Shown one piece after another: positions 35,450 through 48,569 of a DNA stretch of 64,000 nt; positions within the stretch are counted from its first letter, which is position 1, and every line of letters begins with the position of its first letter. Position numbers and translations under genes: made by a program. Under the pieces are notes generated by a model. The model made no database searches and was not told where the DNA came from. It worked only from the letters and a program-made list of their open reading frames with translations. Source of the DNA: Guillardia theta CCMP2712 (Eukaryota; Protista; Cryptophyta); contig NW_005434654.1 in assembly GCF_000315625.1 (NCBI RefSeq), forward strand, positions 864,593 to 928,592. The letters are read 5' to 3'.

Positions 35450-36849
35450 ATGTCCCAAGTAGAGGAGGAAGCTCCAGCGGAAGGTTAGACCCAAGTTCCT
35501 CTGCCTATCTTTTGCCCTGTATCATACAGTTGGCACTTTCCCCTCGTGGCTTACCTTCAACCTATGTGTGTTTGACGTTTGCAATGAACACTTGTAGAGA
35601 CAAACGTGAAGACAACAACAGATAACTCAACGGTAAAGCAACAATGATTCAACAGCGGAGATTACACTGAAGCCGGCATCAGGACGAAATCACACCCGAT
35701 GAGTCATCTCCGCAAGCGCCTGGAGCAGGTGCAGCGTCAGCTGCGGACCAGCATGTTTGTTGCTCCTGATGAATGACACAAACCTGACATTGCCTTCAGG
35801 CCGAGGCCAAGGTAGATGATCCACCCGCCATTACGTGAGACTGAAGCTGCACCAACTTGCAGAGGCTTGCAGAAGAGAGAGCTGCTCAGAGGGCGAAGGA
35901 GCAACAGGTTTGTGCATTGAACGGGTCACAGATGTCTCTCCTCCCCCCTTTGCTTTTGTTTTTCCTTTATTCCTCTTTTCTCTGCTCGTGTGTGTCCTTG
36001 AGGAATTTTTCTCACCAACGAATCAGTCAAGAATTGCCGAGATGAAAGCTTTGGAAGAAGAGGCGAACAAGCTCTTCAACGTTCCATCGGTACTGCGAAT
36101 TTGTGGAAGTCTTGGTTGATGGCGATGGTGCAGGAAATGATCAAGAGCATGTCGGAGGGATTGGTGAAGTATCAAGGATGTTATGTCCAGAGCTGACGAG
36201 TCTCAGATTGGTTTGAATGAGGAGGATATCAAGAAAATAGCAGAAAAGCTGCATGCACTTCAGAATGCACAGGTGATGAAGTTGAGGGGGAGCTGGGAAG
36301 GCGTCCGATGAAGTCACTTTCATCACAGACTGCGTTGATTGAGAGGCTCGCGCAAGAAGATAGGTGGCCAATGGGCCCCGGTTCTCTTCTCTCCTCAATC
36401 CACATGCAGGAAAGTGATGACGCTGCCGAACATGGCGGAAGTCGCGCAAGCTTTGGCTCATGTGAGGCTCTCTGCTGATGGTGTTGCTCTCGTTTCTCAT
36501 TGTTCACCAGGTGCCCTTGTACACTAAGAAGTTAGAAGACATGAGGAAGGACATGGACTCGATCACTAACGTATCGTTCGCTCCCCGCACGCTGATGCCG
36601 GCCCTGACTCTATGCTGAACCAGCGCGTGAAGGGGATGAGGAAGCGAGCGGCGAAGCTCTACACCAAGAAGTGACGGAGCTCCTTGGTTTGAGTCACGAT
36701 TAAGATCATGGCAGGCAACAAGAAGACAACTCGGCAGCGCAGAGGAGACAAGCGGAGCTTCTCCAGGTGCTCTTAGAGGTCTCACGACTCGGCTCTGGCC
36801 CTGATGGGCTGATCCTGCAGGAGAAGAAATCCAACGCGGCAGCATCTGA
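35450..36849 (+). CDS. BLOC1S6: BLOC-1 subunit 6 (pallidin)-like coiled-coil protein, Snapin/Pallidin family; many micro-exons
   Basis: Spliced pieces read IKSMSEGLVK...EDIKKIAEKLHALQNAQ...RLAQED...MAEVAQALAH-VPLYTKKLEDMRKDMDSITN-RVKGMRKRAAKL, matching the pallidin pattern (EGLL...L.ELTQNQ...Y..KL..IRKEM......KLKKRA.KL). Ends are approximate. Confidence 0.6.
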
Positions 36850-38174
36850 GGGTCTGTAGGTAAGACAAACTTGGCTTGTTTCTCATGGAGCTGAATGGAA
36901 CCTACTGGCGGCCCCACAGGCTGAGAGCAGAGGAGCCTTGAAATTTATTGATCAAAGAATCTCATTACGTGCCAATGCCCACTCCCCTTCAATCACACCT
37001 GGCATGACATAGCTGTATGGTCCTATGTCGAATTCATGACCACGATAAACACGAAGCGAAAGAGAACTATGCGGTGACAGGACCAGTAGGACGAGAGCAA
37101 GTGTGAGGAAGAGTAGGAGTGCAAGTTCTCAAGGAGGAAGATGAGGAGGAAGAGGGGAGGGGAGTGAGAGCAGCCAGACTGGGGTGAGGAAGGGATGAGG
37201 CAGGAAAGGAGCAAGAACAAACTTGCCTTTGCTTCTCTCAAAGGAGGGGTAGGGTACACATTGAAGTAGGTAGGGGTGTGCAAAAGTTTCATTCGATCCC
37301 CCTGTCACTACATTAAAATCATTTATTAGAGGGTAGGGTTAAATGATAGATTGTATGGTGGGTAGTAGATGTGGACTAAAGGGTAGGGTAGGCATCTATT
37401 CCCCAGGAAAGGGTGTAAATGGAACCAGCGGAAGAAGTAGAGCAGAAACGCGGCAGTCGAGAGGGCGAGGAGGGAAACGGAAGGCAGAGGAGAGGAGATT
37501 GAAGGAAGGACACAAGAGGAGAGGAGATGCTACAGAGGATGAGGGATGGGATGTCTGACAGATGATTGGTAAGCGTTGAAGTTGTCATGATATGAATGTT
37601 GAGAACGAAAAGAGTAGCAGAAGGTAGATGCAAGAAAGATATGGGATTCAGGTAGGAGGGAGGGAGGATCATGTGGTGTTGTAGCGATTCAAAGTATGTG
37701 CAGTAAAAACAATCATGGAGGTAGGGGGAGCGAACAGAAAGATGTGCGAAGATGGTTGTTAACCCGCGTAAAAAAGCGACGAGAGAAGGACAAGGAGCAA
37801 GGCGGAAGCGAAGACAAAACAGAATAGTCAGAGTGCGAATGTGAATGAGATTCAATGTGAAGGATTTGAAATTTTGCGAAAGGGGTGTGGGGATAGAGCC
37901 TCGAAGAGTTGGGGGGTTGTGACGTGTCATGTGCATGCTTGTCCATTGTTGTAGTTCAGAAAAGATCGGGAAAGGGAATATGAAATTTCTTCATCAAAGG
38001 TCTACCAGAAGCTAACATTCCATCCAGGTGCCTAGAAAGCTGCCATGGAATCAGATCCAGGTGAATTGCATTCGTTGCAAGATGGTCCGCAGTCGGATTC
38101 ATATGAGCACGAAGCTTTGACTCGGGTATCCTGCTAGATCGCATACTTGCTGTTCATCCACTGACAGAGCTCAG

Positions 38175-39740
38175 GTGCGGGATGTGCTCGATGCTGTCGA
38201 AGTAGCGCTAAAGTCCAAGGAAGATGGCGCGTTGACAAAGGATTCTTCACAGTCCGATAATGGAGACATCCTGCCATCCACGTCTGACGGGTCGGGTGAG
38301 CCGTCCAAGCAGGAGGCAGGAGCCTCTCAAACCAATGGAACGTCTGATCGAGGCAGTGAAGCTTCGGCAAGGGCGTTGAAACGACACGCTCTGTTCCACG
38401 AGCTTGCGAGCAGCAGGCAGAGACTGTTCCAGCTGCTCACGAAACTGAACTCATTGACAAAGAATGCTCATCGGTCACTTGACGAGAAGATGCATGGTGC
38501 TTACGCGAGATTCTCCGGCTCGGGAATGTTTCGTGGGGACAAGTCTCGAGCGAGCGGAACGGAAACGAAACGGAACCGCATCTTGTCGAACCTAAAGGAC
38601 AACCCAGTCCTGAAGCGAACCAGCGCTGCTGCGATCAGAGCTGGAGACGAGGCAAGGATCCGATCTCTCAAGCTCACTCGCCGCATGTTGACGGGACGGA
38701 CTGACACACGAGTGAGAGACTACGTCAAGGTCCCCCGCGTGATCCGGACTCTTGACAAGTACAGCTTCACCTTCGGCGTCCTCGGCATCACCCTCACCGA
38801 GTACGTTATGCTGTGCCGGCCGGAATCGTTCCGGTGGTACTACGCCATGATCATGAGCCCCCTGCTCGTGATGCGGTGGGTGATGTACCGCCAGGTCAAG
38901 TGGCAGTACTTCCTCATTGACTTCTGCTACTGGGTCAACGGCCTCTGCTTCCTCGTCATCGCGGGGCCCTGGTCTCGCTCTCCCATCCTCTGGCAGACGC
39001 TCTTCATCAGCGCCAACGGGCCGCTGCTGATCGCGATCCTTGCCTGGAGGAACTCGTTCGTATTTCACAGCGTCGACAAGGTGACGTCAGTGTACATCCA
39101 CCTGTTTCCCTCCCTCTTCACCTGGTGTGAGCGGTGGCACGGGGACGAGGCAGCGAAACAGCCGATGACGCTGGATGGCTGGCTGATGTCCCCGCTCAAG
39201 TTTTACATGCTGTGGCAGATATTTTATCTGGTGCAGACTGAAGTGATTGACCGCAAGAAACTAGACGACGATCCCACGATCAAGACGTCGCTGCGGTGGC
39301 TGGCACAGGACAAGAGGAGCGCTCCCAACAAGATCGCACTGAAACTCTGCCGGTCGATGAGGATCATGGACGACAAAGAGAGTTTCGATCATCACAACTT
39401 CAAGACCAAAGTTGTCTTTGTTGCCATGCAGCTGCTCTACACCATCTTGTGCTTCCTGCCTACAGGTCTCGTCTACCAGTCCTTCTTCCTGCACTCTGCC
39501 CTCATCATCTTCATCTTTGCCGCGAGCGTTTGGAACGGAGCGAACTACTACATCGACGTGTTCAGCAAGAGCTTCGAGAGCAAGTACGCGGACCACTCGT
39601 CGGAGGGGAAGGAAGGAAGCACGGCAGAGACAAAGGAAGGGACTGTGTTCGGGCAGGATAATCTCTCCAAACCTCACTCGGAGGAGGAGGAGGAGGAGGA
39701 GGAGGAGGAGGAGGAGACAGTCAGACCCAAGGAGGAGTAA
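38175..39740 (+). CDS. GPC1: Glycerophosphocholine acyltransferase (Gpc1/DUF2838 family); true start probably in small upstream exons
   Basis: Family motifs DKYSFTFGV, WQYFLIDFCYWVN, GPLLIAILAWRNSFVFHSVDKVTSVYIHLFP, TSLRWL, WNGANYYIDVF; multiple TM helices; acidic tail. Confidence 0.9.
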   Translation: MRDVLDAVEVALKSKEDGALTKDSSQSDNGDILPSTSDGSGEPSKQEAGASQTNGTSDRGSEASARALKRHALFHELASSRQRLFQLLTKLNSLTKNAHRSLDEKMHGAYARFSGSGMFRGDKSRASGTETKRNRILSNLKDNPVLKRTSAAAIRAGDEARIRSLKLTRRMLTGRTDTRVRDYVKVPRVIRTLDKYSFTFGVLGITLTEYVMLCRPESFRWYYAMIMSPLLVMRWVMYRQVKWQYFLIDFCYWVNGLCFLVIAGPWSRSPILWQTLFISANGPLLIAILAWRNSFVFHSVDKVTSVYIHLFPSLFTWCERWHGDEAAKQPMTLDGWLMSPLKFYMLWQIFYLVQTEVIDRKKLDDDPTIKTSLRWLAQDKRSAPNKIALKLCRSMRIMDDKESFDHHNFKTKVVFVAMQLLYTILCFLPTGLVYQSFFLHSALIIFIFAASVWNGANYYIDVFSKSFESKYADHSSEGKEGSTAETKEGTVFGQDNLSKPHSEEEEEEEEEEEETVRPKEE

Positions 39741-39812
39741 GATGTGTGTGCTTGTGTGAGTGAGAAGTAGTTTGTCTTGAAGATTGCTCTGCAGATATGA
39801 TAGGACTGGCCG

Positions 39813-42435
39813 TCAGGTTGTCCTTTTCTCTTGTTGGGTCAAGAAAACTCCTGTGATTGCATCGCGAACTCTCTCTGATCTGATCTTTCCTCCCGTCACC
39901 TCCCTCGCATCCCCTTCACACTCTGTGACCTTGCAGTTGCTGTCCACACAGTCAGTGAGGTAGGGGGACAAGCATGGCTGCCTGTGAAGCAGCAACGCGC
40001 TCTCACACGCCCACAGAGCCTCCTCCTTGCAGTGCTGGATGCTGCAGTCGGTTGCTCGTGCCATCGATCGCTCCACCTTTGCTTTCTCGTGCTCGTAGGT
40101 CGACACCCCTGCGTCCTCCCGTCACCTCAGGTCGGTGCAAGTCACCACAAGGACCGCTGGCGACGATGCCGCTCTCGCCGCAGGAGCAGATGAAGCTGTC
40201 GATGACGTCGAGCTGTCCTCCTACCGAGGCGACCTGGAAGCCGTCAGCGGGTGAGAGGAGGGAAGCTCTCCCACCGCTCCATCCAACCCGATCTCTTCGA
40301 TCCTGCAGGAGTCCAGGAGCACGCGCCCCCTGCACGACGTGAGCTCGCTTTCCACTCTACAAAGGCCACCTCATGCTCGCTACTGCCCCGCAGCCGTTGC
40401 TTCCTCTGTCAGAGACCGTCAGCTCCAGCACACGCCCACGAGAGGACCTGCAGGGCCCCAGGTGAACTCTGTGCAAACGAGCATGCGCTCTCCTCGAGGA
40501 TGCTGGTAGGAGGCACTCAAGAAGTAGTCGTGAAGGATATAAAGGTACAGCAGGGAGTGAGGAAATTCTCCTCAGTGTACGGTAGCAGCTGTCCTGCAAA
40601 CTCGTTGGACTCGTCGACCTGCCATCGCTCGTCACTCCCCCATCCTTCCTCTGCTTCCAGCTTGATGCATATCCACAACCTCCTCATGCTCCTCCCTCGT
40701 CCACACGCACCAAGTATGGAAGAGTCCCAGGCTTCTCCCCCTCTGCGATGACAGCGCTTCCAAAATCGCTGGAGATCGAGCAAGCATGCATGACGAGCTG
40801 GCACAGGAGCATTGTTCACACTGAGAACCAAAGAGCAAGCGCTTACTTCTCCCTCTTCGACCCGAACAGCGACTGGTCCACCCTCCCAGTACCCGAGCGC
40901 CTCAACCTCCTCACTCTCTGAGGGAACGACGATGAGCAGGTAGACTTCACATCAGCAGCAGGATGCTGCATGCTCTTGACCTGGCGGTCGAAATTCTTCC
41001 AGCTGCTGCAGGTGAATCCTTTCGAGGACGAGCATCGAATTCCTCCGCTCCTGCGGGCCAAGAAGACCTTGAGAGGCTGAAGGGGAGAATCGTCATGGGG
41101 GAGCAGGGCAACCGAGGGATGCAGTCACATGCTCCGACAAGGAAGATGCTGTTTGCTCTGCTCTTGACGCATACTCTCTCCTCCTGCAACCTTTGTTCGT
41201 GCACGAGGAGCTTGCGAGCAGAGCAACTCACATTGAAGGCCTCCATCAGTACAACTCTGAGCATCGCAAGGTCAACAAGTTGCCACTTGCAACCCATCAG
41301 ACCTGTCTTTGATCGCCAGGCAGCAATCCATCTCATACTCCCCTCCTCGCACTCGCACTCTTTGTCCTGTTTCCTTGAAGTCTCGCACCTTGCTCACTGA
41401 CCAAGTCACCTCCTCCCGATATCGCAAGCTCCTCCACCTGCCTCCTCCACACGGCCATCGTCAGGGACTACGATGACCGCCACCTTCTCCATCAGCAGGC
41501 AGATCAAATCTTCATGCAGCAGCCTGACAGCTCGTTTCAGCAGCGCCTGACACTCGTCTCCTCCACCACCTAAGTGGGCTGAACGAGGAGAGACTCTCGA
41601 TCGCAGCAACGGCGATGGCGCCATGGAAAGTTTCCGTCCCGTCTTGCAGGCAAGTCAGCCATCGACGCTCCCACTCCCTCATGCGCCTGCATGTTCCTCA
41701 CCCCTCCTGCCTTCAGCTTGCGCGGCGGAACATCGCTGCATCTCTCCCATGGCGCGCTCAACCTTCCCTTCCCTGAGCAACTCGTTGAGATGATCCTGCA
41801 ACGCAGCGGCAGGAGGTCAGCAGGTACATGGGAGGCAAAAGCCTCACGTCTTGCAGCCCTGACTTGTTGATCATCCTCCGCACAACCTCTTCCTCCTGCC
41901 CAGCAGCTCTCAGAGCTTCTCCTTGCAAACTTCTCATGCATACATGTCTTGACAAGGGCCCATGCCCGAGCCCGCACCTGCTCCTCAGCTCCCAGGATGA
42001 CCGACAGGACGTCTGCACATGTTCAGTCAGAGGATCTCAAGACGCTCTCCTGTGGCTCACTGTGAGGTAGCGAGCAAGATGGTTTAGAATCGCATCCTCC
42101 GCCATCTGAGCGTGGAGAAACGAAGCAGATATCAACATGCTGACAAGCCCGTGCATACTTTCCGTCGATCCTTCCTCCTGCTCCTCCTTCTCACCCCTCT
42201 CCTCATCCGACCCTCCCCGATTCTCTCCTCCGAGAGATCGGCAAACTGCCTCAACGCCCTCTCCGCGAAGGATGCGGAGCAAGTTGAGGAGCGCAGCTTG
42301 ATCGAGAGGCGTCTTGACATGCATCACCCGAGGTTGATCCGCGTCCGCGTCCTCCATGAGCCCTAGGAGATACGAGCTCTGCCTCGCATCCTCCTCCTCA
42401 AACGCCACCCCGTCCACCATCATGGTGAACCCCAT
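39813..42435 (-). CDS. Hypothetical protein with SKP1/BTB-like N-terminus and leucine-rich C-terminal region, multi-exon
   Basis: First exon (MMVDGVAFEEEDARQSSYLLGLMED...LLNLLRIL...LVSMLISASFL) resembles SKP1/POZ. Downstream same-strand exons have LRR-like spacing (LAMLRVVLMEAFNV). 3' end uncertain. Confidence 0.4.
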
Positions 42436-42439
42436 CTTG

Positions 42440-42705
42440 CGGGCGGGCAGGGAAGAGGAAGGGGGGAAGATGCGATCTCAGGGGAGAACCAGGAGGGGAG
42501 GGGGAGGGAGGGGGAGGGAGGGGGAGGGAGGGGGAGGGAAGGAGAGGGAAGGGGAGGAGAGGGGAGAGAGGAGAGGGGAGGGGGAGGGGAGGGGAGGGGG
42601 GTTGACGGGAGAGGAAGAGGGTTGGGAGGCGAGGGGCGAGGTGGGTGAGGAAGGTGGGGGAATGGGCCAAGGGAAAGAGGAGGAGGGGCAGGGAAAGCAG
42701 GAGCC
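42440..42705. repeat. Polypurine (GGGGA)n low-complexity tract
   Basis: Dense ggggag/gggag units directly upstream of the minus-strand gene. Confidence 0.85.
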
Positions 42706-42918
42706 GAGCTGACTTGGTGCACAGGGGGAGTCAAGGGAGAAAGGAGAGGAGGAGGAACGCATGTCAGGTGAAGGACATGCTGCGCTCAAGGAAGTGAATC
42801 GTATACATGGGACCAGTAGATTCATGGACGATTTACTGATAGCAAAAACAGCTCACACAAGCACAAAAAAGGAAGTGAAGACGAAGCGAAGAGACGTGTC
42901 ATCGAACTGGCTTGTTCT

Positions 42919-44404
42919 CTAGTAAGGTTTCCCGTTCATGTTCACTTGATTCAAATGCGACATCTGGCCACCCATCGAATCAGAGATGGGGATGCCCTGG
43001 TGCACAAGGTTAGGAGCAGTTCAGCATAACATGGACACATTCTTCACCTGCATCGGCATGCCAGGCATGCCCTGTGCGCTCATGCCCTGATTATATCCTC
43101 CCATGGCATCCATGGATGGCATGGATTGGCGAGTTTGCGGACCTTCATCAGCTGGACGAATGAAACAAACGATGCAGTGGGCCTGAACGGTGATGTTTTC
43201 AGTCGCCCAGAATGTGAGTTGCTAAGAAATCACCTTGTTGTTCTTCCACAGACAATTCATCTCCACGGAGAAGAAGCCAGAGCTTCCATCTTGACGAATG
43301 CAGTGCTCAGTCAACGTTGTGTGTGTAAGTTCGCCAGAGAGCAGTCTTGATACAGCTTTGAGAGTGTTCTGCGCAGAACCATTGGAAGGGACACAAACAA
43401 CCAACCTCGTGTACCTGCATATCTTGTGGCGTAGTGAGGGAAAATAGAGTGCGTCCAATGAGTTTATGCCTTTGGTCCGCACTGTGGACGATTAAACCGA
43501 ACAATCAAATAGGTAGAAAATGTTCACCTGTATCCTAGCATCGTAGCAAAAGCAGGGTTGACCTCGAGGATTGTTCCATCCACACCTTCAAGCCCATGAG
43601 CAGAGAAATTTCAAAATGACAAGGCTCGACCTGCATAGGCGATCCCCATAGATGCCATCATGAACCCAGACCTGTAAGCAACATCGATGTCCAATCCACC
43701 TGCTCGGTAGAGTGAGGGGTTTCCACAACACATATTCTTGTAATTGAGTAAGCATGATCATAAGAATTGGAAAGCAAATAATCGGTCAATTCAGTCACCA
43801 TTGTTGGCATTCGAGTCGTCTGCAGCAGTGTCCTTGCTGTCACCGTTCGCTAATTGAAGGTGTAAGGGACCCGAAACAACAAGAGCGATCAATTCAAAGA
43901 CCTTGGCGTTGCGTCAAGAAGTCAATCGCACATTGGAGTACAGTGTTCATGGTGAGATTCGTTGCCCCGGCATCTTCGGTGTTTGGCAATAAATCTTGCA
44001 AATCAGCTAAAAGCTCTTTCGTCTGAAATCAACTTCACAAATTGGATAGGTGTCACTGGTAGCAAACCTTTTCTCGACGCTTCTGCTCTACAACTTTGTG
44101 CTTTTCCTTCCTGTCCGGCAACTCTCCTGAAGTCAAAACACTCAATAAAGCTGAAGAGGAACGAGCAACAAGACAAGCGTTGCTGAAACCCAGGAGACTC
44201 ACCGGATTTTCTGGCGCGCTTTTGTCCTGGTTGATCGTCATCATCATCGCTGTCACCGTCACTTTCACCAAAATCCTGGCAAGAACAAATGTCAAAAATA
44301 GCTATCGTTTGCTTGCACTCGTTTGTAACCTGGTCTCGCTGTTGCTGTTGTCGTTGCGCTTGTAAGCGAGCCATTTCTTGCTGGTACTGCATCGACTGAT
44401 CCAT
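42919..44404 (-). CDS. bHLH-PAS transcription factor (N-terminal bHLH, single PAS), multi-exon
   Basis: Spliced translation: KEKHKVVEQKRREK|TKELLADLQDLLPNTEDAGATNLTMNTVLQCAIDFLTQ (bHLH); MGIAYA..VDGTILEVNPAFATMLGY...TLFSLTTPQDM...SRLLSGELTHTTLTEHCIRQDGSSGFFSVEMNCL (PAS); Met/Gly/Pro-rich tail ending NGKPY* at 42919-42921. Confidence 0.85.
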
Positions 44405-44969
44405 CTGCTCCACAAAGCCAATCAAACCCTAGTCAACAGGGCCATAAACACAGCTTTGACTTTACAGTACATGCAAATATACATGCTGTATAAAGCTGCG
44501 ATTGTACTTGTTATGGGTAAATTGACGTGTTATGACATTCAAGATGTATATTCCCTTTCTTCGCAAAGCAATTATAGTAAACAAGCTAGAAATGTCGTTT
44601 GAAATAACATGTGCAGCATATCTAAGTGATGTGACTTCATTCACTATCAAATATCAACAGATGCTGGAAGAAGCTAATCAAGGATATCTGCTGACGAAGT
44701 ACAGTTCGTCCGAAGAAATACAAACTTCTTCTAACATAAAAATTCGCTTTGTACAAGTCAAGTTGAGATTCTGTAAATGTTCAACCTATGCGGACAATAC
44801 AAGGAAGCAGCTTGTATTCGGACACTCATTTCCTATGCTGAACTGAGCGCACTAACTCAGGACAGAGTGCTAATCAGGGGTCATGATCAGTCCAGTTGCC
44901 AATTCTATCAAGGTCAGGTAGCAGGTGATCATTTTGGACCGATATCACAACAATGCATCATGTAAGTAA

Positions 44970-46830
44970 GAGAATGATGGGAAGGAGGAAGCGCATTGTG
45001 AAACAGAGCATAGCAACAGCGGCTGAGAAAATGCCATGGCAACGGGGAAGGCGGCGATGGCGGCAGAGAAGCAAAGAGGGGTGGGTACTCAATGTATCTG
45101 GGGTAGGTGGGGTTGTCGATCGTTGGTTACACCTAGAGAGAGGTAGGGTGAGCGATGGACCGGGGTAGTGGATGAGCCCAGGGGTATCATGAGGCGGGGT
45201 GTTATGAGGACAAGGGTACTCCAAGGTTTAGTGGGGTGGCGGGGTAACAATAGGATACGAGGGGGTGGCAGGAGCTTCGCCAGGACCGATAACCGCAGGG
45301 GTAGATGGGTGAGGGGTGTGATGGAGGGGGGATTTGTCAGGTAGGGGTGGTACAAGGTAATTCGTGACCTTGTTTTGGAATTTGGGTGGGTGGTCCATTT
45401 GCCGCAATGTGAAGGGAATGGAAGTAGGGGTACCTGCTGATGTCCGAGGGGTTGTCTTTGCTGTTAGAGTTAGGAAATCTATGGGTAGGTACTGGTCCTA
45501 AAACCTTTCTAGGAAGAAGGGGTAGGGGGTAAATTGAAACCCTTAGGGGTGGTAAAACATACAAAAGTTGGGGGTCGTAGAATGATCGGAGGGGATGTTT
45601 TAGGTCGAATTGAGTCGAAAAATCAACGAGAGGCAGGTATGGTGGAGACTATGACTATTTTATCTATTTCCTCACTTATAGAATATGAGAAGTCTGTATT
45701 GTCAAAGTTAAGTTCTCTTGTGAATGTCTTGACGTAGGGGTGGGGGGAAGACTGCAGGCTGGTGGGTGGGGGATGCAATTTGGTGGGGAGGGGTATGGAT
45801 AAGAAGATCAGATGGGTTGGATACCACCACAGGTACGGTAGCGAAATGATATTTGGACGGGTGGATAGCAGTAGGGATTGAGGGGTGGTGAGGACAGGCT
45901 GGGGTGAGCCAAGGGTAGTAGTCCAGTAGCCCAACAAGTGCCTGTGAGAGGTGGTAGCACGGCCCCGGGAACCAGCCTTTTAAAATCATTGTTTTTGAAT
46001 TTGTACCAACATTTCATTTACAACAGTTGTAGCAACACAAGGGAACCCGACCAAACAAATACTTTTTAAACAAATATATCTGTACGTAGGATGTTACCTA
46101 TATTACTACACAAATATATCATCATGATCACCATTATTAATTTATTACGCTCCATATTTCCGAGTCCTCGGGGAGCGCCGCAGCCGGGCCCCGGTATGGT
46201 GCCGTTACGTCTTGTGTAACCGCGAGTGATCAGTTTAAACGGTTTTTCGTTGCAAGAGAGGCGCGCCGGACCCCTTTGAAGGTAAGGCGTTGTTGAAACA
46301 CCTACCCCTCCTGAGCAAGGGGTCTTTTGGGGGCGACCTTGGGGTAGTATTTGAATTCGACAAGAATGAGGGCGGGTAGGTCAACAGAGGCAGGGCCTAT
46401 TATGGAGGGTGGGTACTCTGGTGAAGAACGGCTGTGTCTACTAGTAGGTAGGGGTACTTTCCGGTTCAACAGGCAGGTGATAAACAGTTTGTCAACGGTA
46501 GGGCACCGGTGGGGGCTGATGTGGGAATAGAATGGGGGGATGGGTAGGGTAGAGCAAAGGTATAGGGTAGGGGGTGCGTGATTTTCAATAAAGTTTGGGG
46601 CCAGAATCGCAGAGATTAGGGAAAAGGTGGGGTAAAGATTGGTATAAAGGGGGGTGGGGGTATCAGGAAGGGCCATTTGGTTCAGGAAAGAGGGGAAATC
46701 GACCGCGGGAAGGGCGGGAAGAGGAGGGAGACAGGAACGATGCGGGGCGGAGAGGCAAGGGGGGTGACAAAGCTGAGGCTGTTCATTGGAACAGTGGAGA
46801 GAGGTGGGATGAGATGCAGGAAATTTCATG
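44970..46830. repeat. Degenerate GGGGTA/TACCCC-rich non-coding region, possible decayed repeat or mobile-element remnant
   Basis: Strong G-skew on the plus strand, frequent ggggta/ggtagg words and no coherent gene model. One fragment (LILVEFKY, ~46345-46370 minus) loosely recalls restriction-like endonuclease motifs. Confidence 0.3.
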
Positions 46831-47245
46831 GAGAGCTGAGGCTTGTGTGAGAAGCAGAATGCCAGGCAACTGTGTGATTGTGTGGGCCAGCGATGCGAGG
46901 CGGCAAGAGAAGGCGTGTAGGATCACGTTGAAAGTATATTCCACATGATTTGCTCTTTTGTGCATGGTTGCATAAGTCAAAATATGGTTGGTGGATTGAG
47001 CTGCCGTAGACTGAGCATACAGAAGCTATAGGCATCAGCACAGTTATTCACATTACAAAGTAGTAAGTCAAACAAAATTCAAACTAGCGCTCTTATACAG
47101 TTTGAATTCTCACTGTCCCTGCTTCATCTAAACTGCGTTTCCATGCGTCAACATCAAATTTCACTTATTATAACCTTAGAGCAGCCAAAAAAAATCATGC
47201 TGTGGTGAAGCACTCTTTCAGCTTGATTGAGCTCTTGCCAGGATC

Positions 47246-48569
47246 ATGGGGGACTCGTCCAACGCAGCGCCAGGAATTTCAGGTGGCTCATCCTGGAATG
47301 CAGGTAAATCGTTATTCTTGAATGACGGTGATCCAATGTGTGTTGTTGTTCAATCCTTACATTACCCGTTTCTACAACCGAATTTCATCCATAAGGTTGA
47401 CTCCGTTGTCAGATGGTCCTGGAGGCAGCGGCGGTGGAAGTGCACAGCAGCGTGGTGTATATTGGAAACGAAATGACAGCATGCGACTTGTACACTTGCT
47501 CATCGATCCGGAGCTTAAGCCTGCCTTTATCAGCATGGAATCGCAGTCCAATCCTCACCGCTCTTCAATGGAGTCGAATGTGCTGAGCTACAAACAGTGA
47601 GCTTCACTTTTTACGATAACTTGTTCAATTCTCACTTACCTTTTTTAGGTTTTGGGCAATGGCTGCACAGAAGTTTAACGACGAGGATTGGCAGCCTCCA
47701 CACTTGTTTCCCAATGATCCACATCTTGCAAGGTGCAGGGCTTTTACGCCTTCGAAGAAAAGCAAGGAGGTCGATCCAAATTACTTGCGGGAAAAGTACA
47801 AGGCACTTCGTCGCCAGTTCAACAACAGCGTAAAGCGTTGGGAAGAAGGTGGACACAGCAAAATTGAGAACTTCTGGAAATGCTCTGGTATGGCTCCTGG
47901 AACCAGCGATGAGGGTTGCTGGTACATGTTTCTGGTCCTGTGGGTTGGAAAGCACGAGGACGTTCTTGCGGTTGTTCTGGACAAGCACATGGACCATTCT
48001 CCTCACCCTCAGTCTCTTGGAATGTTCTCGTCGGCAAAGTTTGATCTGAGGGAGAGGTCGGCAACAAATGCATGTTGTGACATCAGCGAAACTAATACTG
48101 CATACACAGGGTTGGCAAGCGGCAAAGATCCTTCGGCTTTTACGAAGATTTTCATGATTATGCTCCTGTATACAACCTTGCAAACTCTGGTACTGTGATA
48201 ACTAGTGCAACAGGAGCTCCAGATGGAGATGAAGATGGAATCTATTTTCAAACAGCAGGTAAGGCTACTGCTGTCGAATTCAATCTCTGATTCAGACATT
48301 GATTCCTCTTGTATCAATTTTCAGGCTGAGGCTCTCAAATTCATCAGCATGTGCTTCGCGAATTTGAACGAAGCGATGGAGGATGATCAACGTGCTTTCT
48401 GGCGAAATCAACTGGTAGCGAACATTTCTTTTTTTTTTCCAATTTGCCTGATCCCTTGTTTCAGTCCGTAGCTCAAGCACAGCTCAACACCATCCAAAAC
48501 AAGCTTCCACAGCCTTCTCCACCCCCTCCTCCCAACGCTGGTGAAACCCAGGATTTGGTTGGTATCTAG
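47246..48569 (+). CDS. Myb/SANT-like (trihelix-type) DNA-binding protein, multi-exon
   Basis: W..NDSMRLVHLLIDPELKPAF...FWAMAAQKFNDEDW...LREKYKALRRQFNNSVKRWEEGGH...FW pattern typical of Myb/SANT-like proteins; coiled-coil C-terminus; probable stop at 48567-48569. Confidence 0.55.

Noticed and set aside
46302-46829. 175-aa ORF as a non-LTR retrotransposon endonuclease
   Set aside because: Only a short LVEFKY resemblance; no reverse transcriptase or zinc-knuckle motifs, and the rest is low-complexity Pro-rich translation.
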